Shown in pieces: positions 11,878-25,110 of a stretch of DNA of 64,000 nucleotides (within the stretch, counting starts at the first letter, position 1; the number at the start of each line of letters is the position of its first letter). The position numbers were made by a program, and so were the translations under genes. Under the pieces are notes generated by a model. It was not told where the DNA came from and did not search any database. It was given only the letters and a program-made list of their open reading frames with translations. The DNA comes from Atractiella rhizophila (lineage: Eukaryota), in NCBI GenBank assembly GCA_021432655.1, contig MU271306.1, positions 1 through 64,000 of the forward strand, given 5' to 3'.

Positions 11878-12602
11878 TTAAGTCCCTCCCTCTTCTTTCT
11901 GAAACTCAGTATCCAACTCTGCCTTCCGTTTCACCACATCTTCCTTCAAATCCTTGCTCTTCGCAAGGTCCAAGAAAGTCTTCTTATACACATCTCGATC
12001 CACATACTCCTGACTTGTAGATGTGATTCTGTCGAACTCTTCCGAAATGAGTTTCGCCAGGAGTAGGTCGTGAGTTGTTAGTGAACTTGTAGCATGAGTT
12101 GTTAGCGTGATTTTGACGCTGTTGTATGGAATCAGGAAGTTTCAGATATCTGAGACTAGATGCGTACCCAAGGTAGGTGTTTTCTATTGTCGGATGGTGC
12201 TACACCAATTTGTCAATTATACGCAATTGCGGAGTCAGAAAGAGAAACAGAACGAACCGCAACAGAATGCGACAGGATACCGACTCGATAAATAAAGAAC
12301 ATGGCTTCAGAAAATCTAGTGAATTTGAACTCCCTCCCCATAGTCTGCGGTTCCGTCCCTGAAAACGAAAAGCCTGAACCATTCGAGTCTATTTGCCCCG
12401 CCGGTGGATGTACGACTTTGTAATCTGGCCGTTGAGATTTTCGTTTTGATTGAGGTTGAGAAGGAGAGGGCTCGGGATGCACGCAGTCGCATGATGTGGA
12501 CATTTTCAGGGTTTGTGAGAGTCGTGGAATTTGGCGAGAGCTTGGGAATAGCTGACGAGGTGATGAAGGATGGATGCGACGAAGAATGTCGGTAGATCTC
12601 AT
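11878..12602 (-). CDS. Pterin-4-alpha-carbinolamine dehydratase family protein, probable mitochondrial presequence
   Basis: Three exons: REFKFTRFSEAMFFIYRVGILSHSVA | HHPTIENTYLG | VKITLTTHATSSLTTHDLLLAKLI, matching the HHP...LTTH...D..LA signature of PCD. The N-terminus is Arg/Ser-rich (MRSTDILRRIHPSSPRQLF). Stop TAA at 11880-11878. Confidence 0.85.
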
Positions 12603-12862
12603 GGCAGCTTTTAAAATCAAAGGGCTAATCTTGAAATTACTGCACCCGTGAAAGTGTTCGGTTCCGGCCAAACAAGGATAATACCTGTTGACGTTTAACC
12701 TTATTCCCGTCAGAGAATCAGAAACATTGTCAACATCGACAGATCAGCGACTGCAGCGGAGTCGCGTCGTGAGAATATTGCGCGGACCCAATTACGTTTC
12801 TTCTTTGCCTTCACGCTCTTCTCATCCGCGCATTCGACTTTGCCTTGTTACCACCCAAATCG

Positions 12863-15800
12863 ATGCCCCCTAAGTATCGGGGAGAAGGGAATAGAGGCGG
12901 AACACGGAGAGGTAGAGGGAGAGGAAGGGATCAAAGAGAGAGACAAGAAAGTTTTGGGGAAGGTGGATCGAGGAGGTACGAGCAGGTATACCGACAGGAA
13001 AGACGGAGAGATTTTGGTTCAGGTGAGCCCTTTTCGTCCTGATTTGGTAGAGGGATTGCGTCTTATGTCTTGATACCTTTTGGCTGTATTTCCTGATCTG
13101 TCGATATTGTTTTTGTGTGATCCAATGTTTCAAAGTGTTTACTCCGCCTATTTAACATTAAATTGCGCCGATGTGGAAGGTTAAGCGAGCAAAAGCTGTC
13201 GCACTGACCGTTATCTGCTACATTTATCACTTGTGTGCAGCGAGAATGGCAGCAGGAATTATGATTATGTTGTTAACCTAAAAAGGCTAGGTTATCTCCC
13301 CGTTTCATTCTTGTGCCGGAGCAAAGTCTTGTTAGGCTAACTCCATGACGAGTAGGTTAGCAACATTAGCAACATTATTAAAAGACTTTTGCTTGACATA
13401 CCTCCTGTCAGATGTCGACTTCACCCCTTTCAAAGCATTGTGAAAATTGAATTTGGACCACAGCTAACCGTTTATTCAATTCTGAATTTGGCCACAGTTA
13501 AGAGTTTATTCAATTCTGAATTTCAGAGGCAGAAATTTTGCTTTTCCTACGGAAGTGCTGTTTTTGTGCACCTTTGCACATTGCATGGGATAACCGCCGT
13601 AACTGAATGTCCATTTGTTCTCACCGCTTCCCTGTGTCAATAATTTGTGGATAAACTGATTCATGAAAATAGCTACTCAGAGTCGTTCAGCATCATTGCC
13701 TACAGGCGTCAGTCACCCTCATAGAGAATCAGTGCTTAATCAGCGTCATGCGGCCTCATTTTCCCATGCCACTACTTTTGGGCAATCGCCTTATGATCAG
13801 TCACATGACCTGTCGGGAGAGCAATTTCCAAACCAAGTCCCACAGCCATTCGGATTGACACCGCTTTGGGATTATCCACCACATCCACTTGGACATCCTG
13901 CTTCTATCCTTCAACCCAATTATTGGACTACAATACCTCTCCCGCCTTCTCTCCCACCACCCGCTTGGACCCATCCTTTTACGCCAATATCATTCCAGTA
14001 TACGGAGCCTCAGCAAATTCAGGACGCCGAGTACACGCCATTTGAACCCTTGGCATTTCCACAACACCGATCTGTTGGCATGCACGGAGAACCTCATCTT
14101 CAAAAAGAGCCTCGGGCACCAGTGTCTCCAGTAGGCCCCAGAGTCACTCGCGAGCATCAGGCGACCGGGAAACCATCAATGTCATCGCTCCCGTCCGCAG
14201 CTTCGACATCCAAAACATCTATGCCAGTAGTTTTCAAAAGAGCTAGATCACCCAGCCCCGTTATCAAAGGACGCAGACTGAGCACCTTGACTGCCTCGCC
14301 CCGTGGGCGGGATGAGAAAGCCAACAATCTACGGTCGAAAGCTGCAGAGCTCAATGCTTCTGCACCACAACCTCAAAGGGCAAAAGATTCATTGAATGCA
14401 ACTATTTCTCCATTCGGTGAAGACTCCCCATCCACAATTCCCGTAGCTACCCCTTTGACGAGCGAGAAACCTCACTCTCCCAGCGTTCCGATCTTCTCTC
14501 GGAATACGGTGGCTTCTCTTGGATCTGATTATGGCGTCGTATACTCTGGGAGTAGGAAGCGCAGTTATGAAGAGATTGAGGATGAAGAGGGAGAAGACCT
14601 GAAGATCACAGCTGTTTTAGAGGTAGAAGGACTTGATAGCCCTTCTTCATCAGAACAGGAAAGCGAACATTTGAATTCAGACAAAGGTAATGGTGTTGCA
14701 TTAGGTGCTGGAGAAGAAAACAGTCTTTGGAAGCACATCATCGACCATTCCGGGAGATCAATACTTGTGGGAACGGATAACTCAAATCATTTGATAAAGA
14801 ATCAACAACCAGGTGCGAGCATGTATGCCCGTTGGAATTTCACGTTGTTGAAACTGAGTTGGTAGGAGAAGTCGATTATTCGCCTATCAAGGCGCCGCCA
14901 GATGGAGCAAATCCTGGAAGAAACCCCTTTGCTCGAGTTACGGATTCTTCAAATAGTGCTACCAAAAGTAAAAGAGGTCCTGTTACTCTGAATGTCGAAG
15001 AACTACTCGAGTCTGCTTTGGATCGAAAACGAGGCGAAGGCATCCCAACTCCTTATGCAGCCAGGTTGAGGCACTCGAAAAATCCCGATGAAGCCTCAAA
15101 ACCAGCCAATGTGGAGCAGACCGTTTCTCCCGCGCCAGGAAGACAGACCGAGTCCAGCGAGCAACAAAAACCATTGGCACCGTTCAGCATTGAAGCGCAA
15201 CAGTCAGTAGATGATAGAGACAAGGAAACGGAATTGGGTGTCCCGACTAGCGTAGATGAGGTTAATACAGAACGCTTGACCGAGAAGAGTTTTGATATGG
15301 ATCTTGGAGGAGATTTCGAAGATGCTACCTCAACAGGTGGACCACCCGAAATCCCAACTGCACAACCGGCTGATACCCATCTGTCCAATGCCGTGACAGC
15401 ATCACAGTTTCCTGATGTACCTGTTGCAACTGTTCGACTGCTACCACGAGACTCTTTGTCATCCCAACAATCAAAGTCAGAGTCAGAGCTATCACCCTCC
15501 TCGTTAGCTGAGATCGTTGTCGACAATACCGCCCCTCCAGACTCCCAACCACAAGCTCCTTCAACACGAGCTGCATCACCTCTTTCTCCCCCAATTAGCG
15601 AAACTTCAACCTCTCCACCAGAGTCTCCAGTACATATGCCTGCTGTGGGTCAAAATGTCGGCAAAATTGACGCTCCCAGGGAAGCTGATAGTGATTCGAG
15701 CGACGGCGACAGAAGCTTAACTCAGCCTCTACAGGATGCGGCGCAGAACACTCAGGATGGTTTTGCGACGAAACGTGGTCGGGGTCGTGGCAGAGGTCGA

Positions 15801-18312
15801 GGTCGTGTGGGTAGACCTAGGGGTTCACGAGGTGGGCGAACTATTACGCCAGATCCAGTAGAGATCAGCGATCAATCGTCTACTGGACCGAAGACCAGGA
15901 GGCTGGGAAAGACAGCTGCAGAATCTCGTAAGTATCATTAACATTGTCTCTAGGAAAACTAACTCGGTGAGAAAGGGCGTTTTTTCGCAAATACTGGAGC
16001 ATTGAACCATACTCCGAGGCACCCGCCTGTGACGACTCCATTAGCTCAACGCATATATCGCTCATTCCCAGACATCAAGGAAGTCACTCCATTGAGAACT
16101 AGTATAACCCTCCAGGAAGAAGAGCAACCTCCGGTTCCACCTCCTGATAACGACGCTGCCCGAAATCCAGAGGCAGTCCACAGCCCTACCAGACGCACAA
16201 TCACCTTCAAGGTTCCTTCGAAGTCAACGGACGAGATGAAGCGGGCGGTAACTTTCAACAGGGTAACCGATCCTGACTGGTCCCCGCGCGCGTTGCGAAA
16301 GTCCCAAACACCACCTCCAGCAATTAGTAAGCTGAAAGTTCAAAATGAACCTTGTAGTAGATTCTCAGACGCTGCCCCTTGTGTCAATTGCTACGAACTC
16401 CTTGGACCGCCTTGCAGATTTCACGGTATGCGGTGGTTTTCTTACGATCTCAGTGGCCGTGTGAAGGATGGACCGTTTTTTATGGGGACCACGGTACCTG
16501 ATCTCAACGTATCTTTTCTATTCGACTTTTTAGGGGATCCGACCCGTCAACAAGTAATGGAGGTATTCCTCGCAACCAGCGACAGCATTATGCTCAACCT
16601 CGACTCCGAAAAGGCAGCGATTTTTGACCCAGGCGCTGTTCGATGTCAAAAAGACAGCAGTGTTGTTACTACATGCGACGCTTGTCTATCTGGTACTTTT
16701 GCCTCATTCTGGCTCTGTCGACGATGCGGAAGGCGGCTTTGCTCAGCGTGTCTCAACGATTTGGATCACCGCGACTCTGCTGTTGTGCCACATCCTCAGA
16801 TCTGCATTCGGAGTTCTCATCACCAGCGCGAACATTTCGTACCATGTGTTTTTTTTGACATATGCGAAATTGATAACATGCGAGCCGCGATCCAGTCAAT
16901 TAGATTACAGGTCGCAAGTCATCCTTCTGCAACAACGTCAGCCGACACCGCTACTTTCGTCAATCAACTAGTTCCAAGAACATTTCCTGTTGAGAGGCTC
17001 TCGGATGAAACGTTTCGACAGTTTTGGGTAAAAAGGTGCCCCTTTGTAGTGGCCAACTTACCAATTACATCCAACCTATGGACGCCTGCCACTCTCCGCA
17101 CAAGCTTCGCCGCTTGGGCTGTGGCTAATGAACAGCTACTGGATGCGAATCGTCGTGACGCTGTTGCAGCTGTGCTGGAGTTGCTTCAAAAGGGTATTAA
17201 GCTTTACAAGAAACCGTTGGTCCGTTCTGCTCGTTTTCATGGTGCTCAACTAACCCACAGGTAGGTTCGCTCCGCCAGTTTGCCGCTCGAATTGTTTGCG
17301 GACCAACTCAAGGACTACAACACTTTCCTTCCTCTGCCGGCTATAACGCATTCGAAAGGACCCTCAAATGTCGCTGCATACCTCCCTAGCGACAATCTTC
17401 CCCCTGACAAGTCAGTTGTTCTTGATGTCCACATAGCAGAAACATCTCATCAATGCTTTCTGATAGTGGTCCTAAGCTGGACATTGCCTTTGAATCCCAG
17501 CCTGAACGGATTGCTGGGGTAATCGGACTGCACACAGTATGTTTTGTTTCTTTTTGATCTGAGTTCTCACTTTCGGAGCAGAATTTTGTGGACTGTCTGA
17601 GTATCATGGCATGGACTAGTGATGGTGGGAAAGCGGTGTGGGACGTGTTTCCAGTAGAGACTGCCTCTCGCGTTCGTTTCTTACCTTTGGATATCGTAAC
17701 ACTATTGACAATCCCTTTAGCTTCGTAGGTACATTCTTAGTGACCTCGCTAGCAAATTTGGTTGCTCCTATGAAGAAGCACAGAGGAGGTTTGGAGACCC
17801 GATTCACAGCTCTGAAGTCTACCTTAACGATGAGATGTTATCAAAGCTAAAGGAGGAAGGCATCGTCGCCTGGCGAATAGAACAAGCGCTGGGAGAAGGT
17901 GTCTTTCTCCCCGCTTCATCTATATACCAGGTACGGTCCTCGTCATTTAGCCTTGAATTTAGCTTAAGTTTTTCCATAGGTCTGCCCGCTAGCTAATTGC
18001 GTCCTCATTCGGACGCCATTCCTGAGTCCTCAGAGTATTACCACTTCGCTCCGCACGTTAGATAGCCTAAGGGAACTCAATCACAAGAAGAAATGGTGGC
18101 ACAGAGACGCTGTTCGCTTTCGATGGATGGTAGGTTTTTCTGACATTGGTTCTATCTTGACACCAAGGCAATAATAGCTTTACTTCGCGTGGGCTTGCGC
18201 ACGGTATATCCTCGACCACTGGCGACCACCTAATGAGGAGAGCATAGTCTTGCGTGAAGGCAATCAATTGATCAGTGACAGTTACTTGTCAGCTGTCTTA
18301 CTTCCATCCTGA
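12863..18312 (+). CDS. KDM3/JMJD1-type JmjC-domain chromatin protein with Cys-rich zinc finger; predicted catalytically inactive
   Basis: RG-rich exon 1 (12863-13022) joins in phase to 13673. A long disordered region has an AT-hook-like RGRGRVGRPRG. Then CDACLSGTFASFWLCRRCGRRLCSAC, FRQFW..PFVV, PLPAITHSKGPSNVAAYLP, GPKLDIAF, AVWDVF, DPIHSSEVYL, QALGEGVFLPA, FLSPQ and MLYFAW. Stop TGA at 18310-18312. Confidence 0.85.
13447..13523. repeat. Short imperfect tandem repeat (about 34-bp period) within the long first intron
   Basis: gtttattcaattctgaattt occurs twice about 34 bp apart, and tgaatttgg(a)ccacag(c/t)taa also occurs twice. Confidence 0.7.
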
Positions 18313-18502
18313 ACGTCCTGGAGTATGTTGGTGTGCTTGCATTGCATTTTGTTGCACATTTTGTTTTCCATCGTTTCGATTTGTTGCATATATAGCCTCA
18401 GCTGCCGAGGTGTCATCTGTATCAACCTGCATTTTCGCTCTGTAGAAGGACAAACATATTTGCATAACCTAACAACTTCTTGAAAACCCGAACACCAAAG
18501 AA

Positions 18503-21500
18503 CTAAATGAAACGTAAAGAATCTATGCCCAAACTTTTCCGTACTTGAATGATGGCGACCAGTTCTTTGATAGCTTCTTCTAACACTACAACGTTATCGA
18601 GGATGGTGGAGAGGGTGACATTGGGGCTTGAAGAAGACACAGATGCGTGTCCCACACTAGAATCATAAGGCGTTGATCGCCCACCAGAGGATAAGGCAGA
18701 CATATCCTTGATTGGAGCACCTTTTCGTTTAGTTGGAGTGTCCAGGCCACGTCCATCTTCCGAAGGATCTGGAGAGTTTGACGAGATAGGCGAAAGTCTG
18801 CCACTGCTTCCGCCGAATGTGCGTTTCTTACTTGATTTCGGTGTTGCCACCACTGGTGGCTTGATAGAAACAGACCCAGTTTCACGGTAGTGTACTACGA
18901 ATGGACTCGCTGGTCCGGCTGATGCCTGGGTTGATGACTGATGGGTCGAAGGGAGGAGAGACGAAATCGATGGTCTCCGAGCAAGAGGCTCAGGTGTCAG
19001 AAAACTGAGGACACTTGACGCTTTCACAGGAGTGGTTGAGACCGACAATTTCTGTTGAGGTTGGGTAGGCAGAACTAAGTGGTCACTTGGATCAAGAGCG
19101 TCTGCTAAATTTTCCGCAAACATGAGCCCTTGTCGTCGTTCGTTAAGGTATCGATCGAACATGGGAATTGTCTGCCGAAAATGTTCGACTTGACGTGTTA
19201 AATCTCGGAGCATGGAGAAGATGGCCCCTTTGCGTGTCCAACTGTCTGTCCCATCATGATTGTCCGCAAACAGCAGCCTGGAACGAATTTTCTCATTGTC
19301 TTGATGACTACCAGCACCGACAGTGGCGATAAGAGAGTCTTGTCTGGACAAATCTGCAATTTCAAAATCAACAGATCTGTCATCGCCGTCGTCTGATGCT
19401 CGGACGATTGGTTTGCCTGGCGACTCAGCCAGTAGTTGTGCGAGTGAAGTCTTCTCCTTTTCGACGATTTCGGGCAGCAACCAGCCAGACAGTGACCGAT
19501 ATGGGCACAGTGCTAGGCTCGCAATGACTTTGGTAAGAGCAAGATTGAGTTCGGGAGAATGTGCAAAGAATTGCGCAAGACTTTCGAGGATTCGTTCTAC
19601 GATGGGCGAGTAAATGTCGAGCTTGTGCCGAACCATGATTTCGTCGTCACCCTCTTCTGGTACAGAAAATCTGGGGAAAAGCGGTGTTGACCCTTTTCTC
19701 ATAAGTAACAAACTTCTACGCTTCTGCATCCCCGGTCGCATGGTAGGGAGGGGTGATTTCACTTTAAGCTTTGTGCTTGACGAACTGATACCTCGTCTGA
19801 AACTTGGCTCGCTTGCAATCGCTCGCTCTGCGTCCTTGATATAGTTATCAAAACCGGTACTGGAAATTTGGCTTTCGTTAGAATCAAGAGAAGATACAAA
19901 AGAGAGCAGCTCGGTTAGCTCTGACACATGACGCGTGATAGTTGGAATTGGCGTCAGGGCCGATGTAGACGGTGCAGGCGGAGCAGCAAACGGATCCGTT
20001 CTAGAAGGAGTCTGTAACGGGAAAGAATGTCGGGAAGGCATCGGGGTATGTTGAAGTTCATCCTCATCATCAGTAGGATAACGAAACTCTTCCTCCTCGC
20101 TCTCATCATCAGCTGCAGGATAAACAAAGACTTCCGACCCCGAATCGGACGCCTGGTCTTCCTCTTCTTCAATGCCTTTCCGAAACGGAAATGCTGTGGC
20201 GTTGGGATCAGGAATGATATCGAGTAAATCCAGACTCTCGCGATCATGGAGTGTAAGCAGTGTGCAGAGAAGCCTAAGGGCAGAAACCGCGGTCGGTTGG
20301 TTTTTGCAGTAGATGTTGGCCATCAGGAGATCGCGAAGAGAAAATCGCCCAATAGATGTGAAGTAGCCGCCGTCTAGTCCGGGACTCATCATAGGGGCAG
20401 GGGCAGCGGCCTCAACAAGGATCAACGCGGAGCTTTTCCGTCGATTCTTTTTGACTTCCTCGGGAGTCTTGCCTTCGTCCCTAAGAATTTTTGGTGGCGA
20501 CATCCCAGCGAGAAGCAGCGTTTCCGTTCGCTTTCGTTCGGACCTTTGAGGTGAAGGAGTGAGATCCTGTGGCTTTCTCTTCTCCTCCTCTTCCCCCATC
20601 AAGAAGTTTAAAACAGTTTCTGTCAACTTGCCCCCATCCTCGAGCACCGCTAGCATTGCATCGAGATAGCTGAGAACTGCAACAGCTGAGCCATCGCTTT
20701 CAGAACATTCGAGGATGGCGGTATACAGGACGCTTTCAAGAAAGATAGATCGGATGGCATCTAATATGCTAGTTGCGATCGCATTGCTGAGGAGGTGTGA
20801 TTCGGTGAAGGGTTCCTCGTCAAATGGATCGACGTCTTTGGCGGCTGTCGATGGACTCTTCCTCAAGATGTCTTGAGAGAATTCGATAAGTTTCAACCAG
20901 AGGTCCACCGCCTTTTTGACTTCAGGCCGAGACGATATTTCCACTCCAAGGCTCCTCATCTTGTCCTCTTCCTCCTCAGCCTTCAATCGAGCGTCTTCCC
21001 CTTCCTCTCCTCCCAAGCCACCAAGAACCATTGAAGCCCCGAAATCTACATTCCCAGACTCGTCTTCCACCTCACCCCCAACAGTTGCACTATCGTGAGC
21101 CCTGACAACTAACTTCTGGGGTAGGAGACCATAAAGAGCGCCGAGACCTGCTGCAAGCACATCTGAAAAATCAGATTGAAGAAAGAAAGAAGCAAGACTG
21201 AGTGCAGCCTCCTGAGAAGCCTCCGTAGCACGTTCGAAAAGGTCTGACGTCTTTTTCCTCTTCGAAGCATCCGGTGTGAGCGACGAAGATGCTCCGGTCA
21301 TCGCCAGTTCAATAAGGAAGAGCATTCCCGCCCGCGCGAAATCGCCAGTCTTTCCCTCTCGATGAAGGAATCGTAAGAGGTAAGAGAAGAGGAGGAACTC
21401 GTATTCTGGACCGCCTCCGTGTGGACTTCGTTTGGATGGACGTGTGATCGATGTCGATCCTGTAGCTGATGATCCATCCAGAGAGAAAGAGTCATTGGAA

Positions 21501-22935
21501 TCAGTAGGGCTATCCCTCCCAAACCTGTGGTCTGGCTTCCTCTTGTTGTCCCCCTTCTTCTCCGTCATGAAAATGACCAAAACTTCAGGAAGAGCCTTGA
21601 TCTTGCCACAGACACCACACATCAATTCCACAAGATCTTCCTCATATTCAGGATCTGCAGTCATCCAACCGCCTTCACCTCCTTTCTCCTCTCCGGTCCG
21701 GTCAGGAGTTACACATGCCCTGATGAGCCTGACAAGAGGCCGATGGACCTTGTCATGGACGAGAAAACGTTCGTCATCGACCTCGGAGACAGCACGAGCG
21801 AAGAATCGGACTGCAGCCGCTTTCGAACCTTTTGGACGGTCAGCGAGGCAGAGGCGGACGAGATTTGTGGGAATGGATTGTCGGAAGGTGTATTCGAGAC
21901 AGGGACCAAGGATGAGCGGCTCGCCGTGGAAAGAAGGATCGGGAGAGATGGGCACAGTCATCGACTCCGTAATGAGGATATTGATCAGAGTGGTAAGATT
22001 CGCTTCGAGGGAGACAACCATTGAAGGAACAGATGAAAGAGACTCGTTTTCCAAGATTGCCTGCAAGGTGCATCAGAGGGTTTGTCTTTTGTTGCAGGCA
22101 GGGAACGATAAAGACACCAGAAATATCGGCAGTTCTTCCCAGAAACATCAACCCATCTTATAAGGGCTGAGAGATGCAGCAGCGTCTTAGTGCGCACATA
22201 ACTAATGACAGGGATAAAAGTGCTGCGATGTTTTACGTCTCTGAATACCAAGGTATTTCCAGAAGAGCAACCAGCTTTAACAACGTAACTTAAGGCATAA
22301 ATGTCTGCCTTTTGCTATCGTTTCGCATTCCATGAAAGAAGCACAGTCCAATTGTACCTGAACATGCTTTAAGAACCAATATATTTCTCATGCACTTCGA
22401 ATGCTCGCACAAAAGAGCAGGTGTGTTGTAACTACGACCACTCCTCAAGCGTGACAACCAACTCAGACTGAAAGAAGAGATGATATCAACAGCTGAGGCA
22501 TCACAGTTCAACGTTCAATGTTGATGCAACATCCGTGCTGCAGCCATCTTGGTAACAGAGGAAGGCGGGCTCAATAGCATAGCGTTCTGCTGCAAGTCGG
22601 AGCTAGATCCGTTTTCACATCACCTCAGCTTCTTCAAACCATCTACGTGACCGTCTTCAAGGAGGAACCCTTCAACCAACGAGTGATGCCTAACTCTCCT
22701 CCCCAATGTCACATACTACATGCAACCCTTCCGATGCCAACGGGTAGCAGAAACGACGAACCTTACAGCTGTTCCATGCTTTCTCGAACCTCTCCAATCT
22801 CTCCTCTGGCCGAATCTCCTTCCCTGAATCCTTCTGTCCTTTCCTCACACCACCCGGACCACCTCCCCTAGACCGTGAAGACGATGCAGATTCGCCGAAT
22901 TGCAGGCGAGGAAATTGGGCGCGGAGCCAATCCAT
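18503..22935 (-). CDS. FHIP/FAM160 (RAI16-like) family protein
   Basis: Exon 1 (22935-22762, ..RLERFEKAWNSCK) joins in phase to a very long exon starting at 22060. Motifs GPCLEY, LLFSYLLRFLHREGKTGDFARAGMLFL, LAAGLGALYGLLP, FFAHSPELNLALTKVIASLALCP and LDNVVVLEEAIKELVAIIQVR are typical of FAM160/FHIP. Confidence 0.85.
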
Positions 22936-25110
22936 TTCTAAGCAATCATATCAGATGCATCTAGATAGACAAACGAAATGCTAACCTGACAAGTATTATG
23001 ATTCTCTCGAGCACTTGCAGCTGCCTCTCGTTGTTGCTAGTCTCATCTTTAGTCTCGTCGAACGGCATAATAAGGTTCCGGAGTGAAACTAAATTACCGG
23101 CATTCTGAAAGTTAATCTCGTCCGAACTAGCGGGTGGCAACATTGCAAGCAAAAAGTGAAACATCAAGACTCCTGCTCGCTTTCTTCCTCTTCAGTCCAG
23201 TTCTTGTGAGCAAAGAACCCATCCTCCCACCAATTCTCGCGATCAGAGCCGATCTCCCTCCAAGCCAGCACAACAGAGAATCCGGATGCATGTAACGGTG
23301 ACGCCACAAACAAATGGCATTAATGACCTTTCAGAAATTCAGCCATAAAAGTCTTATGTCCAGCAATCTCGAGTTGTTATTCCTCCGAAAGCAGCATAGA
23401 AGCGAAGCGAAGCGGGTGAGAGATTGAAGAAGGGCGAGACGCGGGAAAGGTGGCGGAATAACGGGGACTGCGACCTGCTGCACAACGCTCTTGCTCACGG
23501 GACGAGGCAGCACGACTTGAGCACGACGCGGGACGATTCTCAGAGCTCGACATCACTGCGTACATGGTGGGCTGGAGGGGAGGGATAAAAAAAGGAGGGA
23601 CCACTCGATCGAAATTGAGATCGTGATAAGAAATGGCAATAGCTGTGTTGGATCATGATAGAGGGGGATGGAGATACTTAGTTAGGACAGGCTTGTTCAG
23701 TTCAGAGAAAGGTGCGCCGTCTGTTTGCGGTGTTTGGGATAGAAGGATTTCCGTGTCCTCTCAAGTCATGTCTCAAATTTGAGCTGGAGAAGAGCGTCGA
23801 CCGCTCCTCCGTATGTCTCGACACTGTCTGCGTCATCGCGTGGGTTACTCCGGTCATGTTTCAAGTTGGATACTGTATACAATCATCTTTCTGCATGTTA
23901 AAATCGGCGCAACAATCCGGTTGGAGAACTTAGGAGGTAACGATCGACTGAAAGCTGGTGTTTTGAGAACTCGGACGGTGTCTCCTTGCATTTTCTGTAG
24001 CGTTCGTACGTGCATACGTCATGGAAGCTTTTTGTTCAGCAGCTCAGCTGGATTCTCCCGCCTAGTTGCGCCGCCAAAGGGATCTCATCTTGAGGTCCGC
24101 GAAGAGCTCTTATTCCAGTGTTCTTTGAAATAGGAGCCTACCGTATGCCCTTTGTCCTTCCAATATGTATTATGACCGCCCCAGTTTGTGACACTAGTAC
24201 TTTCTACCGTGGGCGAGATTGTTAGAGCAACTGTTGCTTCACGCTTTGCCTGAACTGGAGATCATCCTAGGGGGATGTAGGCTAGTCCCCAAATAGCGGA
24301 TTCAGATAGGGAACAGCGACCTTTTTCTGCGCCAATTGTTTTCATATTTTACATTTCTTTACACAATTGAGCACGCTCCAGAAGCAGTTACAACCATAAA
24401 TCCCGTTATGGCGCGCGTTTTATTTTTGGTTTACGGAGGCATTGATCGAAAATCGAAAAGAAGCGCTTGAGACGCGTGTTGCCCCAGCCTGCAATGAATG
24501 CATCTCTTTAGCTTTTTGGAAGAGTTGAAAGCCACGGATTTTATGAGCGTGGAAAGTAGGATCAGAACTGGAAGCGATTCTGCTGTCGTGTTGTGTGAAG
24601 CACATTATAACGTATCCATTTGGTACATTTCGATACAGCCAGGCATGCATGCTTTTGTCGCTGGAAGCTTAGATTAGGAGTATGCCAGGCGATTGTATGA
24701 TTGTCAAAAAGAATTTCGTGATGAGTCTCGCGAACAAAATGATGGATGGAAGAAAGCCCTTTCAAAGTTTGCGGCTAAGCGGGCGATCTCAAGGTCAACG
24801 GGGCAGCGCATGAGAACCAGATTTCAAGTGCCTCAAATGTTTCTCTCGCGCACCTAAGCACAGTATTGAGTGAGCTTTTGGAGGCGGAATCGGTTCGCGC
24901 AAGTTGAACGATCAAAGTACGAACTTAGGTGCTCATGATTCGCTCGTGACCGCAGCTGCGATCTGTCGGTGCTGCTCCCTAAATACCTGAGTAGTGTTGA
25001 GATGTCGCCCTTGGTATGACAGCATCAAGCAAGGGTCTTCGACTTGACGTTATCATTTCTGCCTGACCAAATAAGAGGAGCTTGGTGGAGTTGAAGCACA
25101 ACACAACACA

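Noticed and set aside
12071..12106. Direct repeat tgagttgttag x2
   Set aside because: Explained by the coding repeat LTTH...LTTH of the PCD protein.
12200..12382. ORF beginning MVQAF, resembling the family's MVQAS start
   Set aside because: It is an alternative frame inside the PCD gene and has no downstream family motifs, so the match is a coincidence.
21432..22163. Long plus-strand ORFs opposite FHIP (and similar antisense ORFs at 9947-10607, 15053-15526, 51479-51979, 54078-54560)
   Set aside because: Shadow ORFs of well-supported genes on the other strand.
24849..24931. 9-bp inverted repeat gcacctaag...cttaggtgc; also a weak hairpin at about 45399-45450
   Set aside because: Too short or imperfect to exceed chance. 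No ncRNA or MITE hallmarks.
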